Source: Eledone cirrhosa
Lineage: Eukaryota
Direction: 5' to 3'
NCBI GenBank assembly: GCA_964016885.1
Contig: OZ024754.1
Location: 4,650,001-4,714,000 of the forward strand
DNA: 64,000 nt
Of the stretch, positions 43,609 to 57,167 are shown piece by piece. The translations under genes were made by a program, and so were the position numbers. Positions within the stretch are counted from its first letter, which is position 1. Every line of letters starts with the position of its first letter. The notes under the pieces were generated by a model. The model saw nothing but the letters and a program-made list of their open reading frames with translations, was not told the DNA's origin and ran no database searches.

Positions 43609-44522
43609 TGTGTATCAATATGTATGTGTATAAATGTTTGTATATGTATGTATATAGATATGTATGTATATAGATATGTATGTATATAGATATGTGTGTG
43701 TGTGTGTGTGTGTGTGCATATATATATGTCGGTATTATGTATGTATATATATATATTTGTGTGTGTGTGTGTGTGTGTTTAAAACTGCATAAAGAGAAGA
43801 AGATAAATAGAGATGTGGATGAAAAACGCAGAGAGAGAAATTAAATATAAATATAAAAATAATAAATAATAAATAATTCTATAAAAAATTGGAGAAAACC
43901 CCGTGAGGAGCAGACAACCCAAGATTTCAGTGTCCTGATAAATACAATGTGATTATCATCTCGTCCAATGTGACCTTTCCTTAAAGAAGAAGAAGGAGCA
44001 GATTTACCAATGTTAGGTTCATTGATGTAAAAATATGGATTCAGAGAAGGAAGGAGTACTGATGATGCTAGTCTATTGACCTCATAAAGGAACTCTCTGT
44101 TGTTCGTTTAAATCAATGTATTTGGTGTATAGATGCGTTTCTTGTGGTTGTTGTTATTGTTGTTATTGTTGTTTTTAGCTCCATAGTAGACATTAAAAAG
44201 CATTTCCAACATGCAAACATTATAGAAATTTATTTTCCATATAATAAAGACCCTTGACCAAGGGTTTTGTACCTAAAATATTCCCCTCCAAGGTACAAGC
44301 CCAAGCAAAGTATATATATGTACTTATATATATGTATATATATGTGTATGTATACATATATATAAGTATATATATATATGTATGTATACTTATATATGAA
44401 TGTATATTTATGTATATATAAGTATATATATATGTATGTATACTTATATATGAATGTATATTTATGTATATATATATATATATATATAAATAAATATATA
44501 CAATGATATTAAATAAATGGAA

Positions 44523-44569
<47 letters not shown>

Positions 44570-44697
44570 AGTACAGCATTGACGAAGCTTTAGAATACGG
44601 CCAAGCTAGCGTATATGTATAATCGGTCTGTAGCTTGAGCACTCAGATGAGGAAAGACCCCTGAGTAATAACATTACGTTCAAACAGCTTAGCAAAT

Positions 44698-44733
44698 CCC
44701 TCTTTGGATTTTAGTCTTCAAATTTATTATTAT

Positions 44734-44783
<50 letters not shown>

Positions 44784-44956
44784 ATAATAATAAATTTGAA
44801 GACTAAAATCCAAAGAGGGCTCGATAAGGATAAATATATATCAAATATATAAGAACCATAGATTTATTAAAATAACAGATTAAAGTTTAAGCAAAGAATC
44901 GCTGCCCGTTAAGAGTGAAAGCAACGATTCTTTGCTTAAACTTTAATCTGTTATTT
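44698..44956. repeat. Two near-perfect inverted repeats (44698-44819 centred on (TA)n; 44870-44956)
   Basis: CCCTCTTTGGATTTTAGTCTTC... / ...GAAGACTAAAATCCAAAGAGGG; AAATAACAGATTAAAGTTTAAGCAAAGAATCG and its inverse. Confidence 0.9.
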
Positions 44957-44966
44957 ATATATATAT

Positions 44967-45162
44967 AAATGGCTTCTACAGAACTAGAACCGTTTCATTC
45001 GTGAGAAATCATCAGGAAGCCGGCATGATTTCTAACGAATGATTTCTAACGAATGAAACAATTCTAGTTCTGCAGAAGCCATTTCTATATTAGATATTTA
45101 TACTCTGCTACGTATTGAGTACCTTACTTATTGTGGTTACCCCCGATTGAACCCGGGATAAA
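44967..45162. mobile_element. Fold-back PLE family B end
   Basis: Hammerhead region present in both orientations, plus family tail GTATTGAGTACCTTACTTATTGTGGTTACCCCCG. Confidence 0.8.
44971..45021 (-). ncRNA. Type I hammerhead motif (family B)
   Basis: GGCUUC-CUGAUGA-UUUC UCAC GAAU-GAA-ACGG UUCUAGUU CUGU-A-GAAGCC. Confidence 0.75.
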
Positions 45163-45180
45163 CATATATATATATATATA

Positions 45181-45451
45181 TAGGAAAAGGTATGACCACG
45201 ACGGCAGAGCTCAGAAATAGCCGTCGAAACGGCTTGAGCTCTGCCGTCGGGGTCATACCTTTTCCTATTACCCACTCTACTACCCTAAGTACTCAATACT
45301 TAGGGTAGTAGAGTGGGTAATAGGAACGAGTAGGACCCCGACGGCTGAGCTCAAGCCGTTTCGACGGCTAATTCTGGACTAAAATGTCCAGAATTAGTCC
45401 AGAATTAGCCGTCGAAACGGCTTGAGCTCAGCCGTCGGGGTCCTACTCGTT

Positions 45452-45455
<4 letters not shown>
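45181..45455. mobile_element. Multiply inverted PLE family A ends
   Basis: Four copies of the stem III/GUC half in alternating orientation. Confidence 0.8.
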
Positions 45456-45498
<43 letters not shown>

Positions 45499-46004
45499 GT
45501 ATGTATGTATGTATGTATAAATATATATTATAAGTATTTACGTATATATATATGTGAGAGAGAGCATGGGCAGTAGAGAGAGAGGGGAGGGGTTGGGGGG
45601 GGGCTAGCTGTGTGAAGACAACGGGTATATCAGGAGTACGATCTAAAGTGACAAATATGTAGATATAGAGGAGAAAAAACAAAGACATATTTCGTAGGGA
45701 AGCATAGATATAAGGGTCCGTTCTGAGGGTAAATATAGCTGTAAGTAGGTTGTGAGGGGGGGTAGATGTGGAGTGTGAGTGAGGGCTGCGGGTGAGGAGA
45801 AGTGGGCAAGTAAAGGAGTGCTGTGAGGGGATGGACTTGAATATATATATGTATATATATTCATATATACATACATATGTATATATGTATATATACACAT
45901 ATATATGTGTGTATAGATAGATTGATAGTAGATATATGTATATGTATATGGGAGTGTGTATATATACATATATGTATATGCATGTGTATATATGTGTTTG
46001 TGTG

Positions 46005-46063
<59 letters not shown>

Positions 46064-46071
46064 TATGAATA

Positions 46072-46120
<49 letters not shown>

Positions 46121-46140
46121 ATGTGTGTCTATAGATATAT

Positions 46141-46191
<51 letters not shown>

Positions 46192-46231
46192 GAATATCTG
46201 TATATATGTGTATATGATACATATATATACA

Positions 46232-46271
<40 letters not shown>

Positions 46272-46344
46272 AAAATATGCAGCAGACAGGCGGGAAAAAG
46301 TGTATTGAGGTCAAGTAATCTTTATGACTGAAGTGATATATCAT

Positions 46345-46820
46345 ACACCCCCACCACCACTACATAGCATCACCTCCACCTTATAGACACCATCACCATG
46401 TAGCCACCACACCACCACCACCATATAACCACACCACCACCACCATATAACCACACCACCACCACCATATAACCACACCACCATATAACCACACCACCGC
46501 CATATAACCACACCACCACCATCATCATAGACACCACACCACCACCACCATATAACCACACCACCACCACCATATAACCACACCACCACCACCACCACCA
46601 CAGACACCACACCACCACATAGCCATCACCACCACCTTATAGACACCATCACGATGTAGTCACCACACCACCACCACCACCACCATCATAGACACCACAC
46701 CACCACCACCACCACAATATAACCACACCACCACCACAATATAACCACACCACCACCACCACCACCACCACCACCATATAACCACACCACCACCATCATA
46801 GACACCACCGCCACCACTCT
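46345..46820. repeat. ACC-based repeat (CACCACCATATAAC units)
   Basis: Direct inspection. Confidence 0.9.
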
Positions 46821-47168
46821 ATATATAACATATTTCCATTCATATCTGTGGTTGACTTAACTCCCACCACTACCTCATCCACCTAACCGCCCCCCCCCCT
46901 CTCTATTTCACACCAGTTCTGCTCCTCTCTCAATATCCATTCGCCACATCCACCTCACCCCCTCCACCTCACCCCCTCTACCTCACCCCTCCACCTCACC
47001 CCCTCCACCTCACCACCTCACCGCCTCCACCTCACCACCTCCACCCCTCCACTATCATCATTTACACTTTTTAAAGACCAAATATCTACTCCTTTACCTC
47101 TCTCTCTCTCTCTCTCTCTCTCTGTAAGTATGTATGTATATATATATATATATATTTAAAATAGAAAT

Positions 47169-47219
47169 GGCTTCCACAGGTCTAGCACTGTTTCATTCGG
47201 GAGAAATCATCATGAAGCC
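47169..47219 (-). mobile_element. PLE family B fragment, hammerhead with mutated core (AUGAUGA, GUG)
   Basis: Aligns to 44971-45021. Confidence 0.7.
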
Positions 47220-47293
47220 TATGTATTATATATATAGAGAGAGAGGCGGGTGAGATGGCTGGATATATATATCTCTTTCTATCCATCTCATCC

Positions 47294-47333
<40 letters not shown>

Positions 47334-48075
47334 ATCCTCTCTCACTCTATATCTTTCTTTCTTTCTTTCTTCATCCTCTCTCACTCTATATCTTTCTCTT
47401 CTATCTATCTATCTCTCTCTCTCTCTCCATGTTTCTGTCTTTCTCTGTCTCCCCCCCCCCCACACTCTCTCATACTATGTTCCCCCTCTCTCACACACTG
47501 TCCCACCCTCTCTCCCTCTCTCTTCCCAACTCTCCAACCCTATACCCCTCTCCTGTCCTCTCTCCCACTCCCTATATTTTTCTCCGTCTTTCTCTCATCC
47601 TAACACTCCCCTCCCCCACTGTATTCCCTCCCTCTTCTCCAGCCAACTTATGTTCCTTTATATATGATTATATGCCATGTCTTTAGCCATATTTACCCCT
47701 AATTGCAGCCCTTCCTCCTCGTCCTACCTTCCCCCCTCCTCGTCCTACCTTCCCCCCTCCTCATCCTACCTTCCTCCCCCTCATCTTCCTCCCTTCCACC
47801 TCCTCCTCCCTTCCACCTCCTCCTCTTCTTCCCTTTCGATTTTTCCCAACTCGTTGCGTATCATATTTCTGTCCCCCCCCCTCTTCTACTCTCTCTCTCT
47901 ATCCCCCTCTCTCTCTCTATCTCTCTCTCCCTCTCTCTCTCTATCTCTCTCTCCCTCTCTCTCTAGTTTTCCTTAACCTAGATACAAACCTACCCTGCTA
48001 AAAATATATATATATATATACACATGTGTATATATATATATATACACATATACTCATGTGTATATATATATAAAT

Positions 48076-48125
<50 letters not shown>

Positions 48126-48416
48126 ATATATATAGTGGCCACAGTCCAACCAATGAAACCAATAGAAGGATATGAGAATATTTAATATGCCTACCTGTAA
48201 GTCTGTAGTATAAGTACACACACACACATACGCAAGCAGATATACACACACACGTACACACACACACACACACACACACACATAGTGTAGGGTGTGGTAT
48301 ATTTTATTATAGCAGTAAAACTGTGATAGTGACTCGAGGATCAGAAATTTAGGGCTTAAGTAGTCCCTTTTCATACAAGTATCACTTAGAAATACCCTTA
48401 TACACGAAGATCTATG

Positions 48417-48486
<70 letters not shown>

Positions 48487-48548
48487 TACACACACACACA
48501 TATATATATATATAGATATATATATATATATATATAGGAAAAAGTTTA

Positions 48549-48644
48549 ACCCCGGCGGCAGAGCTCAAGCCGTTACGACGGCTATTTCTGGACTAAATTA
48601 GAATTTTTAGTCTGGTAAATAAATAGCCGAACTTTTCAAGGGGT
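48549..48644 (-). ncRNA. Type I hammerhead with U3-A8 core variant (this copy has two further core mutations)
   Basis: ACCCC-UUGAAAA-GUUCGGCUAUUU...AAAUAGCCGUC-G(U)A-ACGGC UUGAGCUCU GCCG(C)-C-GGGGU; sister copies supply GAAAC and GUC. Confidence 0.75.
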
Positions 48645-49259
48645 AATTCCTTATATGGGAAGATTAAAATTATAGTTGTCAAAAGGATTGGTCAAAATTT
48701 CTTGTAAACAACACAATTAAATCTTTCATGGTGGGGGTGGGGTGACTGAACTTTCCTGTAGAACAATGAAGGAGTGGGTGGAGCCGGTCAAGCGTTGAAA
48801 GTGAATTATATACACCAAATTCTAAGGAGTGTGTATGAAATTAGGCTACTTAGAAAGCAGGCGAAGAAGGATACTGAGAGTAGGACGTTATAGAAATGAT
48901 TAATAAATGCGATTAAAAGATAATTTTAAAAAATTAATAATAAAATTAAATAGTAAAGATAATTTTTAAAATCTCTAGAGTCTAAAGCAGTTGCTACATG
49001 TTTAACTGGTATTCCGTTTTCAGCCAATGCTATATATAATTTACTGGTGTGGGGGTACTGAGGCTACAGAAGCCCGATGGGCTGCCTTGGGGTAGGGGAA
49101 AGAGGGAAAAGGAAGAGGAGAGAGAATGGAAGGAAGTGATAAGAAGAGATAAAGGGAAGAAGAAAAGAAAAAGAAAAAGAAGTACATCTACCTATGTATG
49201 CTGGGGTTTCCCCTGTCTTGTTCGGCAAGTGGGGAAAAGAAGGATGTTGCAGCCATTGT

Positions 49260-49379
49260 CTACACACTCGGGTCATGGGGGGGGGGGGGGGGGTAAGTCC
49301 TACGAAATCGGTGTTTACATGCAGTTAAAAGTTCGTCTTTTTTGTTTAGGAGTTGGTCCTTCGTAAACAGCATTTGTAA
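49260..49379 (-). pseudogene. C-terminal remnant of a Penelope-like RT/GIY-YIG ORF
   Basis: LQMLFTKDQLLNKKDELLTACKHRFRRTY resembles the LLNKRSEL..kCRH terminus of aquatic-invertebrate PLE endonucleases (recalled, not searched). Confidence 0.6.
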
Positions 49380-49560
49380 TGTGTGGTAAGGAACCAGGTG
49401 GACCATAACGTACCAGAGTACTCGATACTTTGGGTAGTAGAGTGGGTAATAGGAAAAGAGTCAGAACCCCGACGGCAGAGCTCAAGCCGTTTCGACAGCT
49501 ATTTCAGTCCAGGAGTAGCTGTCGAAACGGCTCGAGCTCTGCCGTCGGGGTTCTGACTCT

Positions 49561-49679
<119 letters not shown>

Positions 49680-49719
49680 AGTGTATACATATATATAGTA
49701 CATATATGTGTATATACTG

Positions 49720-49761
<42 letters not shown>

Positions 49762-49798
49762 AGTGTATACATATATATAGTACATATATGTGTATATA

Positions 49799-49845
<47 letters not shown>

Positions 49846-49882
49846 AGTGTATACATATATATAGTACATATATGTGTATATA

Positions 49883-49926
<44 letters not shown>

Positions 49927-50167
49927 ATGTGTAATGGCGCAGTTGGTGGCTCCCACGGAGATTACCCATAGCTGTACAGACAGGAACAAGTTTCTACTGA
50001 TATCATAGAAGACAGCTGAACAATTAGAAGGACAAGAAACTCTATGTCAGCTATTGATTGCTCGTCTTTTCCTGTGTGGACGGAATATGGCCGACTATTG
50101 GAGACATCCCGTGGTTCGATCCCACTGAGTTACATGAGATATTGAACATAAACCTGAGTCATTCTAT

Positions 50168-51058
50168 GGTGGTAGTGGTTGTGGTGGTGGTGGTGGTGGT
50201 GGTGGTGGTGGTGGTGGTGGTGGTTGTGGTGGTGGTGGTTGTGGTGGTTGTGGTGGTGGTGGTGGTGGTGGTTGTGGTGGTGGTGGTTGTGGTGGTGGTG
50301 GTGGTTGTGGTTGTGGTGGTGGTGGTGGTGGTGGTGGTGGTTGTGGTGGTGGTGGTGGTGGTGGTGGTGGTGGTTGTGGTGGTGGTGGTTGTGGTGGTGG
50401 TGGTGGTGGTGGTTGTGGTTGTGGTGGTGGTGGTTGTGGTGGTGGTGGTTGTGGTGGTGGTGGTTGTGGTGGTGGTGGTGGTTGTGGTTGTGGTGGTGGT
50501 TGTGGTGGTGGTGGTGGTGGTGGTTGTGGTTGTGGTGGTGGTGGTGGTGGTTGTGGTGGTGGTGGTTGTGGTGGTTGTGGTGGTTGTGGTGGTGGTGGTG
50601 GTTGTGGTGGTGGTGGTGGTGGTGGTTGTGGTGGTGGTGGTTGTGGTGGTGGTTGTGGTGGTGGTGGTGGTTGACGTCTCAGCAGTAGTAGTAGTAGCAG
50701 CTGCAGTAATAGTAGTAGTAGTAGTAGTACTAGTACTAGTAGTAGTGGCAGCAGCATCACTAGTAGTAGTAGTAGTGGCAGCAGCATCGCTAGTAGTAGT
50801 AGCAGTAGTCGTAGCAACATCATCAGTTGTAGTAGTAGTAGTAGTAGTAGTAGCAGCATCAGTAATAGTAGTCGTTGTAGTAGCAGCATTAGTAGTAGCA
50901 GTAGTCGTAGCAGCAGTGGTAGTTCCACAACAGTAGTAGTAGTAGTGGTAGTAGTGGTATAACACTAACAGTAGTAGTAGTGGTGGTAGTGGTGGTGGTA
51001 GTAGAATACCAGCAGTGGTAGTGGTAGTAGTCATAGTAGTAGTAGTAGTAGTAGTAGT
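50168..51058. repeat. (GGT/TGT)n then (AGT/AGC)n microsatellites
   Basis: Direct inspection. Confidence 0.95.
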
Positions 51059-52001
51059 AGTATAACACCAACAGTAGTACCAGTAGTGGTGGTAGGAGTA
51101 GTAGTATAACACCAACAGTAGTACCAGTAGTGGTGGTGGTAGTAGTAGTAGTATAACACCAACAGTAGTACCAGTAGTGGTGGTAGTAGTAGTAGTATAA
51201 CACCAACAGTAGTACCAGTAGTGGTAGTAGCAGTAGTATAACACCAACAGTAGTACCAGTAGTGGTAGTAGTAGTAGTAGTATAACACCAACAGTAGTAC
51301 CAGTAGTGGTGGTGGTAGTAGTAGTATAACACCAACAGTAGTACCAGTAGTGGTGGTAGTAGTAGTAGTAGTATAACACCAACAGTAGTACCAGTAGTGG
51401 TGGTGGTAGTAGTAGTATAACACCAACAGTAGTACCAGTGGTGGTAGTAGTAGTAGTAGTATAACACCAACAGTAGTACCAGTAGTGGTGGTGGTAGTAG
51501 TAGTATAACACCAACAGTAGTACCAGTAGTGGTGGTGGTAGTAGTAGTATAACACCAACAGTAGTACCAGTAGTGGTGGTGGTAGTAGTAGTATACACCA
51601 ACAGTAGTACCAGTAGTGGTGGTGGTAGTAGTAGTATAACACCAACAGTAGTACCAGTAGTGGTGGTAGTAGTAGTAGTATAACACCAACAGTAGTACCA
51701 GTAGTGGTGGTGGTAGTAGTAGTATAACACCAACAGTAGTACCAGTAGTGGTGGTGGTAGTAGTAGTATAACACCAACAGTAGTACCAGTAGTGGTGGTG
51801 GTAGTAGTAGTATAACACCAACAGTAGTACCAGTAGTGGTGGTGGTAGTAGTAGTATAACACCAACAGTAGTACCAGTAGTGGTGGTAGTAGTAGTATAA
51901 CACCAACAGTAGTACCAGTAGTGGTGGTGGTAGCAGTAGTATAACACCAACAGTAGTACCAGTAGTGGTGGTGGTAGTAGTATAACACCAACAGTAGTAC
52001 C

Positions 52002-52032
<31 letters not shown>

Positions 52033-52051
52033 TAACACCAACAGTAGTACC

Positions 52052-52082
<31 letters not shown>

Positions 52083-52232
52083 TACACCAACAGTAGTACC
52101 AGTAGTGGTGGTGGTAGTAGTAGTATAACACCAACAGTAGTACCAGTAGTGGTGGTAGTAGTAGTAGTAGTATAACACCAACAGTAGTACCAGTAGTGGT
52201 GGTAGTAGTAGTATAACACCAACAGTAGTACC

Positions 52233-52263
<31 letters not shown>

Positions 52264-52696
52264 TAACACCAACAGTAGTACCAGTAGTGGTGGTAGTAGT
52301 AGTAGTATAACACCAACAGTAGTACCAGTAGTGGTGGTAGTAGTAGTAGTAGTATAACACCAACAGTAGTACCAGTGGTGGTGGTGGTAGTAGTAGTATA
52401 ACACCAACAGTAGTACCAGTGGTGGTGGTAGTAGTAGTAGTAGTATAACACCAACAGTAGTACCAGTAGTGGTAGTAGTAGTAGTAGTAGTATAACACCA
52501 ACAGTAGTACCAGTGGTGGTGGTAGTAGTAGTAGTAGTATAACACCAACAGTAGTACCAGTAGTGGTGGTGGTAGTAGTAGTAGTATAACACCAACAGTA
52601 GTACCAGAAGTGGTGGTGGTAGTAGTAGTATAACACCAACAGTAGTACCAGTGGTGGTGGTAGTAGTAGTAGTAGTATAACACCAACAGTAGTACC

Positions 52697-52727
<31 letters not shown>

Positions 52728-53154
52728 TAACACCAACAGTAGTACCAGTGGTGGTGGTGGTAGTAGTAGTATAACACCAACAGTAGTACCAGTGGTGGTG
52801 GTGGTAGTAGTATAACACCAACAGTAGTACCAGTAGTGGTGGTGGTAGTAGTAGTATAACACCAACAGTAGTACCAGTAGTGGTGGTGGTAGTAGTAGTA
52901 GTATAACACCAACAGTAGTACCAGTAGTGGTGGTGGTAGTAGTAGTAGTATAACACCAACAGTAGTACCAGTAGTGGTGGTGGTAGTAGTAGTAGTATAA
53001 CACCAACAGTAGTACCAGTAGTGGTGGTGGTAGTAGTAGTAGTATAACACCAACAGTAGTACCAGTAGTGGTGGTGGTAGTAGTAGTATAACACCAACAG
53101 TAGTACCAGTGGTGGTGGTAGTAGTAGTAGTAGTATAACACCAACAGTAGTACC

Positions 53155-53185
<31 letters not shown>

Positions 53186-53741
53186 TAACACCAACAGTAG
53201 TACCAGTGGTGGTGGTGGTAGTAGTAGTATAACACCAACAGTAGTACCAGTGGTGGTGGTGGTAGTAGTATAACACCAACAGTAGTACCAGTAGTGGTGG
53301 TGGTAGTAGTAGTATAACACCAACAGTAGTACCAGTAGTGGTGGTGGTAGTAGTAGTATAACACCAACAGTAGTACCAGTAGTGGTGGTGGTAGTAGTAG
53401 TAGTATAACACCAACAGTAGTACCAGTAGTGGTGGTGGTAGTAGTAGTAGTATAACACCAACAGTAGTACCAGTAGTGGTGGTGGTAGTAGTAGTATAAC
53501 ACCAACAGTAGTACCAGTAGTGGTGGTGGTAGTAGTAGTATAACACCAACAGTAGTACCAGTAGTGGTGGTGGTAGTAGTAGTATAACACCAACAGTAGT
53601 ACCAGTAGTGGTGGTGGTAGTAGTAGTAGTATAACACCAACAGTAGTACCAGTAGTGGTGGTGGTAGTAGTAGTAGTATAACACCAACAGTAGTACCAGT
53701 AGTGGTGGTGGTAGCAGTAGTATAACACCAACAGTAGTACC

Positions 53742-53772
<31 letters not shown>

Positions 53773-53882
53773 TAACACCAACAGTAGTACCAGTAGTGGT
53801 GGTGGTAGTAGTAGTAGTATAACACCAACAGTAGTACCAGTAGTGGTGGTAGTAGTAGTAGTATAACACCAACAGTAGTGCC

Positions 53883-53913
<31 letters not shown>

Positions 53914-54023
53914 TAACACCAACAGTAGTACCAGTAGTGGTGGTGGTAGCAGTAGTATAACACCAACAGTAGTACCAGTAGTAGTGGTGGTAGTAGTAGT
54001 AGTATAACACCAACAGTAGTACC

Positions 54024-54054
<31 letters not shown>

Positions 54055-54719
54055 TAACACCAACAGTAGTACCAGTAGTGGTGGTGGTAGTAGTAGTAGT
54101 ATAACACCAACAGTAGTACCAGTAGTGGTGGTGGTAGTAGTAGTAGTATAACACCAACAGTAGTACCAGTAGTGGTGGTGGTAGTAGTAGTAGTATAACA
54201 CCAACAGTAGTACCAGTAGTGGTGGTGGTAGTAGTAGTAGTATAACACCAACAGTAGTACCAGTAGTGGTGGTGGTAGTAGTAGTAGTATAACACCAACA
54301 GTAGTACCAGTAGTGGTGGTGGTAGTAGTAGTATAACACCAACAGTAGTACCAGTAGTGGTGGTGGTAGTAGTAGTAGTATAACACCAACAGTAGTACCA
54401 GTAGTGGTGGTAGTAGTAGTAGTAGTATAACACCAACAGTAGTACCAGTAGTAGTAGTAGTAGTAGTAGTATAACACCAACAGTAGTACCAGTAGTGGTG
54501 GTGGTAGTAGTAGTAGTATAACACCAACAGTAGTACCAGTAGTGGTGGTGGTAGTAGTAGTATAACACCAACAGTAGTACCAGTAGTGGTGGTAGTAGTA
54601 GTAGTATAACACCAACAGTAGTACCAGTAGTGGTGGTGGTAGTAGTAGTAGTATAACACCAACAGTAGTACCAGTGGTGGTGGTGGTAGTAGTAGTAGTA
54701 TAACACCAACAGTAGTACC

Positions 54720-54750
<31 letters not shown>

Positions 54751-55412
54751 TAACACCAACAGTAGTACCAGTAGTGGTGGTGGTAGTAGTAGTAGTATAA
54801 CACCAACAGTAGTACCAGTAGTGGTGGTGGTAGTAGTAGTAGTATAACACCAACAGTAGTACCAGTAGTGGTGGTGGTAGTAGTAGTAGTATAACACCAA
54901 CAGTAGTACCAGTAGTGGTGGTGGTAGTAGTAGTAGTATAACACCAACAGTAGTACCAGTGGTGGTGGTGGTAGTAGTAGTAGTATAACACCAACAGTAG
55001 TACCAGTGGTGGTAGTAGTAGTAGTAGTAGTATAACACCAACAGTAGTACCAGTAGTGGTGGTGGTAGTAGTAGTATAACACCAACAGTAGTACCAGTAG
55101 TGGTGGTGGTAGTAGTAGTAGTATAACACCAACAGTAGTACCAGTAGTAGTGGTGGTGGTAGTAGTAGTATAACACCAACAGTAGTACCAGTAGTGGTGG
55201 TGGTAGTAGTAGTATAACACCAACAGTAGTACCAGTAGTGGTGGTGGTAGTAGTAGTATAACACCAACAGTAGTACCAGTAGTGGTGGTGGTAGTAGTAG
55301 TATAACACCAACAGTAGTACCAGTAGTGGTGGTGGTAGTAGTAGTATAACACCAACAGTAGTACCAGTAGTAGTGGTGGTGGTAGTAGTAGTATAACACC
55401 AACAGTAGTACC

Positions 55413-55443
<31 letters not shown>

Positions 55444-55509
55444 TAACACCAACAGTAGTACCAGTAGTGGTGGTGGTAGTAGTAGTAGTATAACACCAAC
55501 AGTAGTACC

Positions 55510-55540
<31 letters not shown>

Positions 55541-56089
55541 TAACACCAACAGTAGTACCAGTAGTGGTGGTGGTAGTAGTAGTAGTATAACACCAACAGT
55601 AGTACCAGTAGTGGTGGTGGTAGTAGTAGTAGTATAACACCAACAGTAGTACCAGTAGTGGTGGTAGTAGTAGTAGTATAACACCAACAGTAGTACCAGT
55701 AGTGGTGGTGGTAGTAGTAGTATAACACCAACAGTAGTACCAGTAGTGGTGGTGGTAGTAGTAGTAGTATAACACCAACAGTAGTACCAGTAGTGGTGGT
55801 AGTAGTAGTAGTAGTATAACACCAACAGTAGTACCAGTAGTAGTAGTAGTAGTAGTAGTATAACACCAACAGTAGTACCAGTAGTGGTGGTGGTAGTAGT
55901 AGTATAACACCAACAGTAGTACCAGTAGTGGTGGTGGTAGTAGTAGTAGTATAACACCAACAGTAGTACCAGTAGTGGTGGTGGTAGTAGTAGTATAACA
56001 CCAACAGTAGTACCAGTAGTGGTGGTGGTAGTAGTAGTAGTATAACACCAACAGTAGTACCAGTAGTGGTGGTGGTAGTAGTAGTAGTA
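51059..56089. repeat. 5-kb compound minisatellite ATAACACCAACAGTAGTACC(AGT)a(GGT)b(AGT)c
   Basis: More than 100 units of mostly 41-50 bp; this explains the 1657-1985-aa ORFs. Confidence 0.97.
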
Positions 56090-56252
56090 TTTGAGGATGT
56101 CTCTGATATTAACCACTTCTAATTATCTTTTAAACAACTAAATCTTTATTTTTCAATCAATCATTCTTCTGTAATTTATTTTATATTTTAATTTTATATT
56201 TTTCTTATTTTTTTTATGTTATTTATGTAATAATTATCGCCTGTTATCATTC

Positions 56253-56870
56253 AAACCATCAGCAACAAACCATCAGCAACAAACCATCAGCAGCAACAAA
56301 CCATCAGCAGCAAACCATCACCAGAAAACCATCACCAACAACAAACTATCAACAACATCAAACATCAGCAACAAATTATCACCAGCAACAAACCATCACC
56401 AGCAAACCATCACCACCAGCAAACCATCACCAGCAGCAAACCATCAACAGCAACCATCAACAGCAACAAGCTATCAGCAACAGCAAACATCAGCAACAAA
56501 TTATCACCAGCAACAAACCATCACCAGCAAACCATCACCACCAGCAAACCATCACCAGCAGCAAACCATCAACAGCAACCATCACCAACAACAAACTATC
56601 AACAACAGCAAACATCAGCAACAAATTATCACCAGCAACAAACCATCACCACCAGCAAACCATCACCAGCAGCAAACCATCAACAGCAACCATCACCAAC
56701 AGCAAACATCAGCAACAAATTATCACCAGCAACAAACCATCACCACCAGCAAACCATCACCAGCAGCAAACCATCAACAGCAACAAGCTATCAGCAACAA
56801 ACCATCATCAGAAAACCATCACCAGCAACAAACCGACAGCAACAAACCACCACCAGCAAACCATCAACAC
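56253..56870. repeat. AAACCATCACCAGC-type repeat with higher-order duplication
   Basis: Direct inspection. Confidence 0.9.
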
Positions 56871-56940
56871 TTTAAACTATATATATAATATTATTCAAAA
56901 TATTAATAAATGAGAAATATTATCATAACCAAAGTATATA

Positions 56941-56999
56941 TTGTATTATACATATTTCAAAGGTACATTGGTGTTTCAGTATGTTTTCATCAGATAAAA
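56941..56999 (-). ncRNA. Type I hammerhead motif (downstream member of tandem pair)
   Basis: UUUUAU-CUGAUGA-AAA...UUU-GAA-AUAUGUAU-A-AUACAA; core intact, stems imperfect. Confidence 0.65.
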
Positions 57000-57101
57000 T
57001 ATATGAGAGATTGGATATGCGGTATACCACTAAGGTTCTTGAATCTTCAATTCCTGTAGTAGCATTAATAAATGGAAAATATCTTTATAATACCATATTT
57101 A

Positions 57102-57155
57102 TTTATTATACGTATTTCAAGGACACTAAATTTTAGTGTGCTTTCATCAGATAAA
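57102..57155 (-). ncRNA. Type I hammerhead ribozyme (upstream member of tandem pair)
   Basis: UUUAU-CUGAUGA-AAG(C)ACACUAA AAU UUAGUGU(C)CUU-GAA-AUACGUAU-A-AUAAA; AUA site. Confidence 0.8.
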
Positions 57156-57167
57156 ATATAATATTTT

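Noticed and set aside
51059-56089. CRISPR-like repeat/spacer appearance
   Set aside because: The 'spacers' are only (AGT/GGT)n, there are no cas genes, and the context is eukaryotic.
50159-56116. 1985-, 1720- and 1657-aa ORFs
   Set aside because: All three frames cycle through the same repeat peptide; this is an artefact of a stop-free minisatellite.
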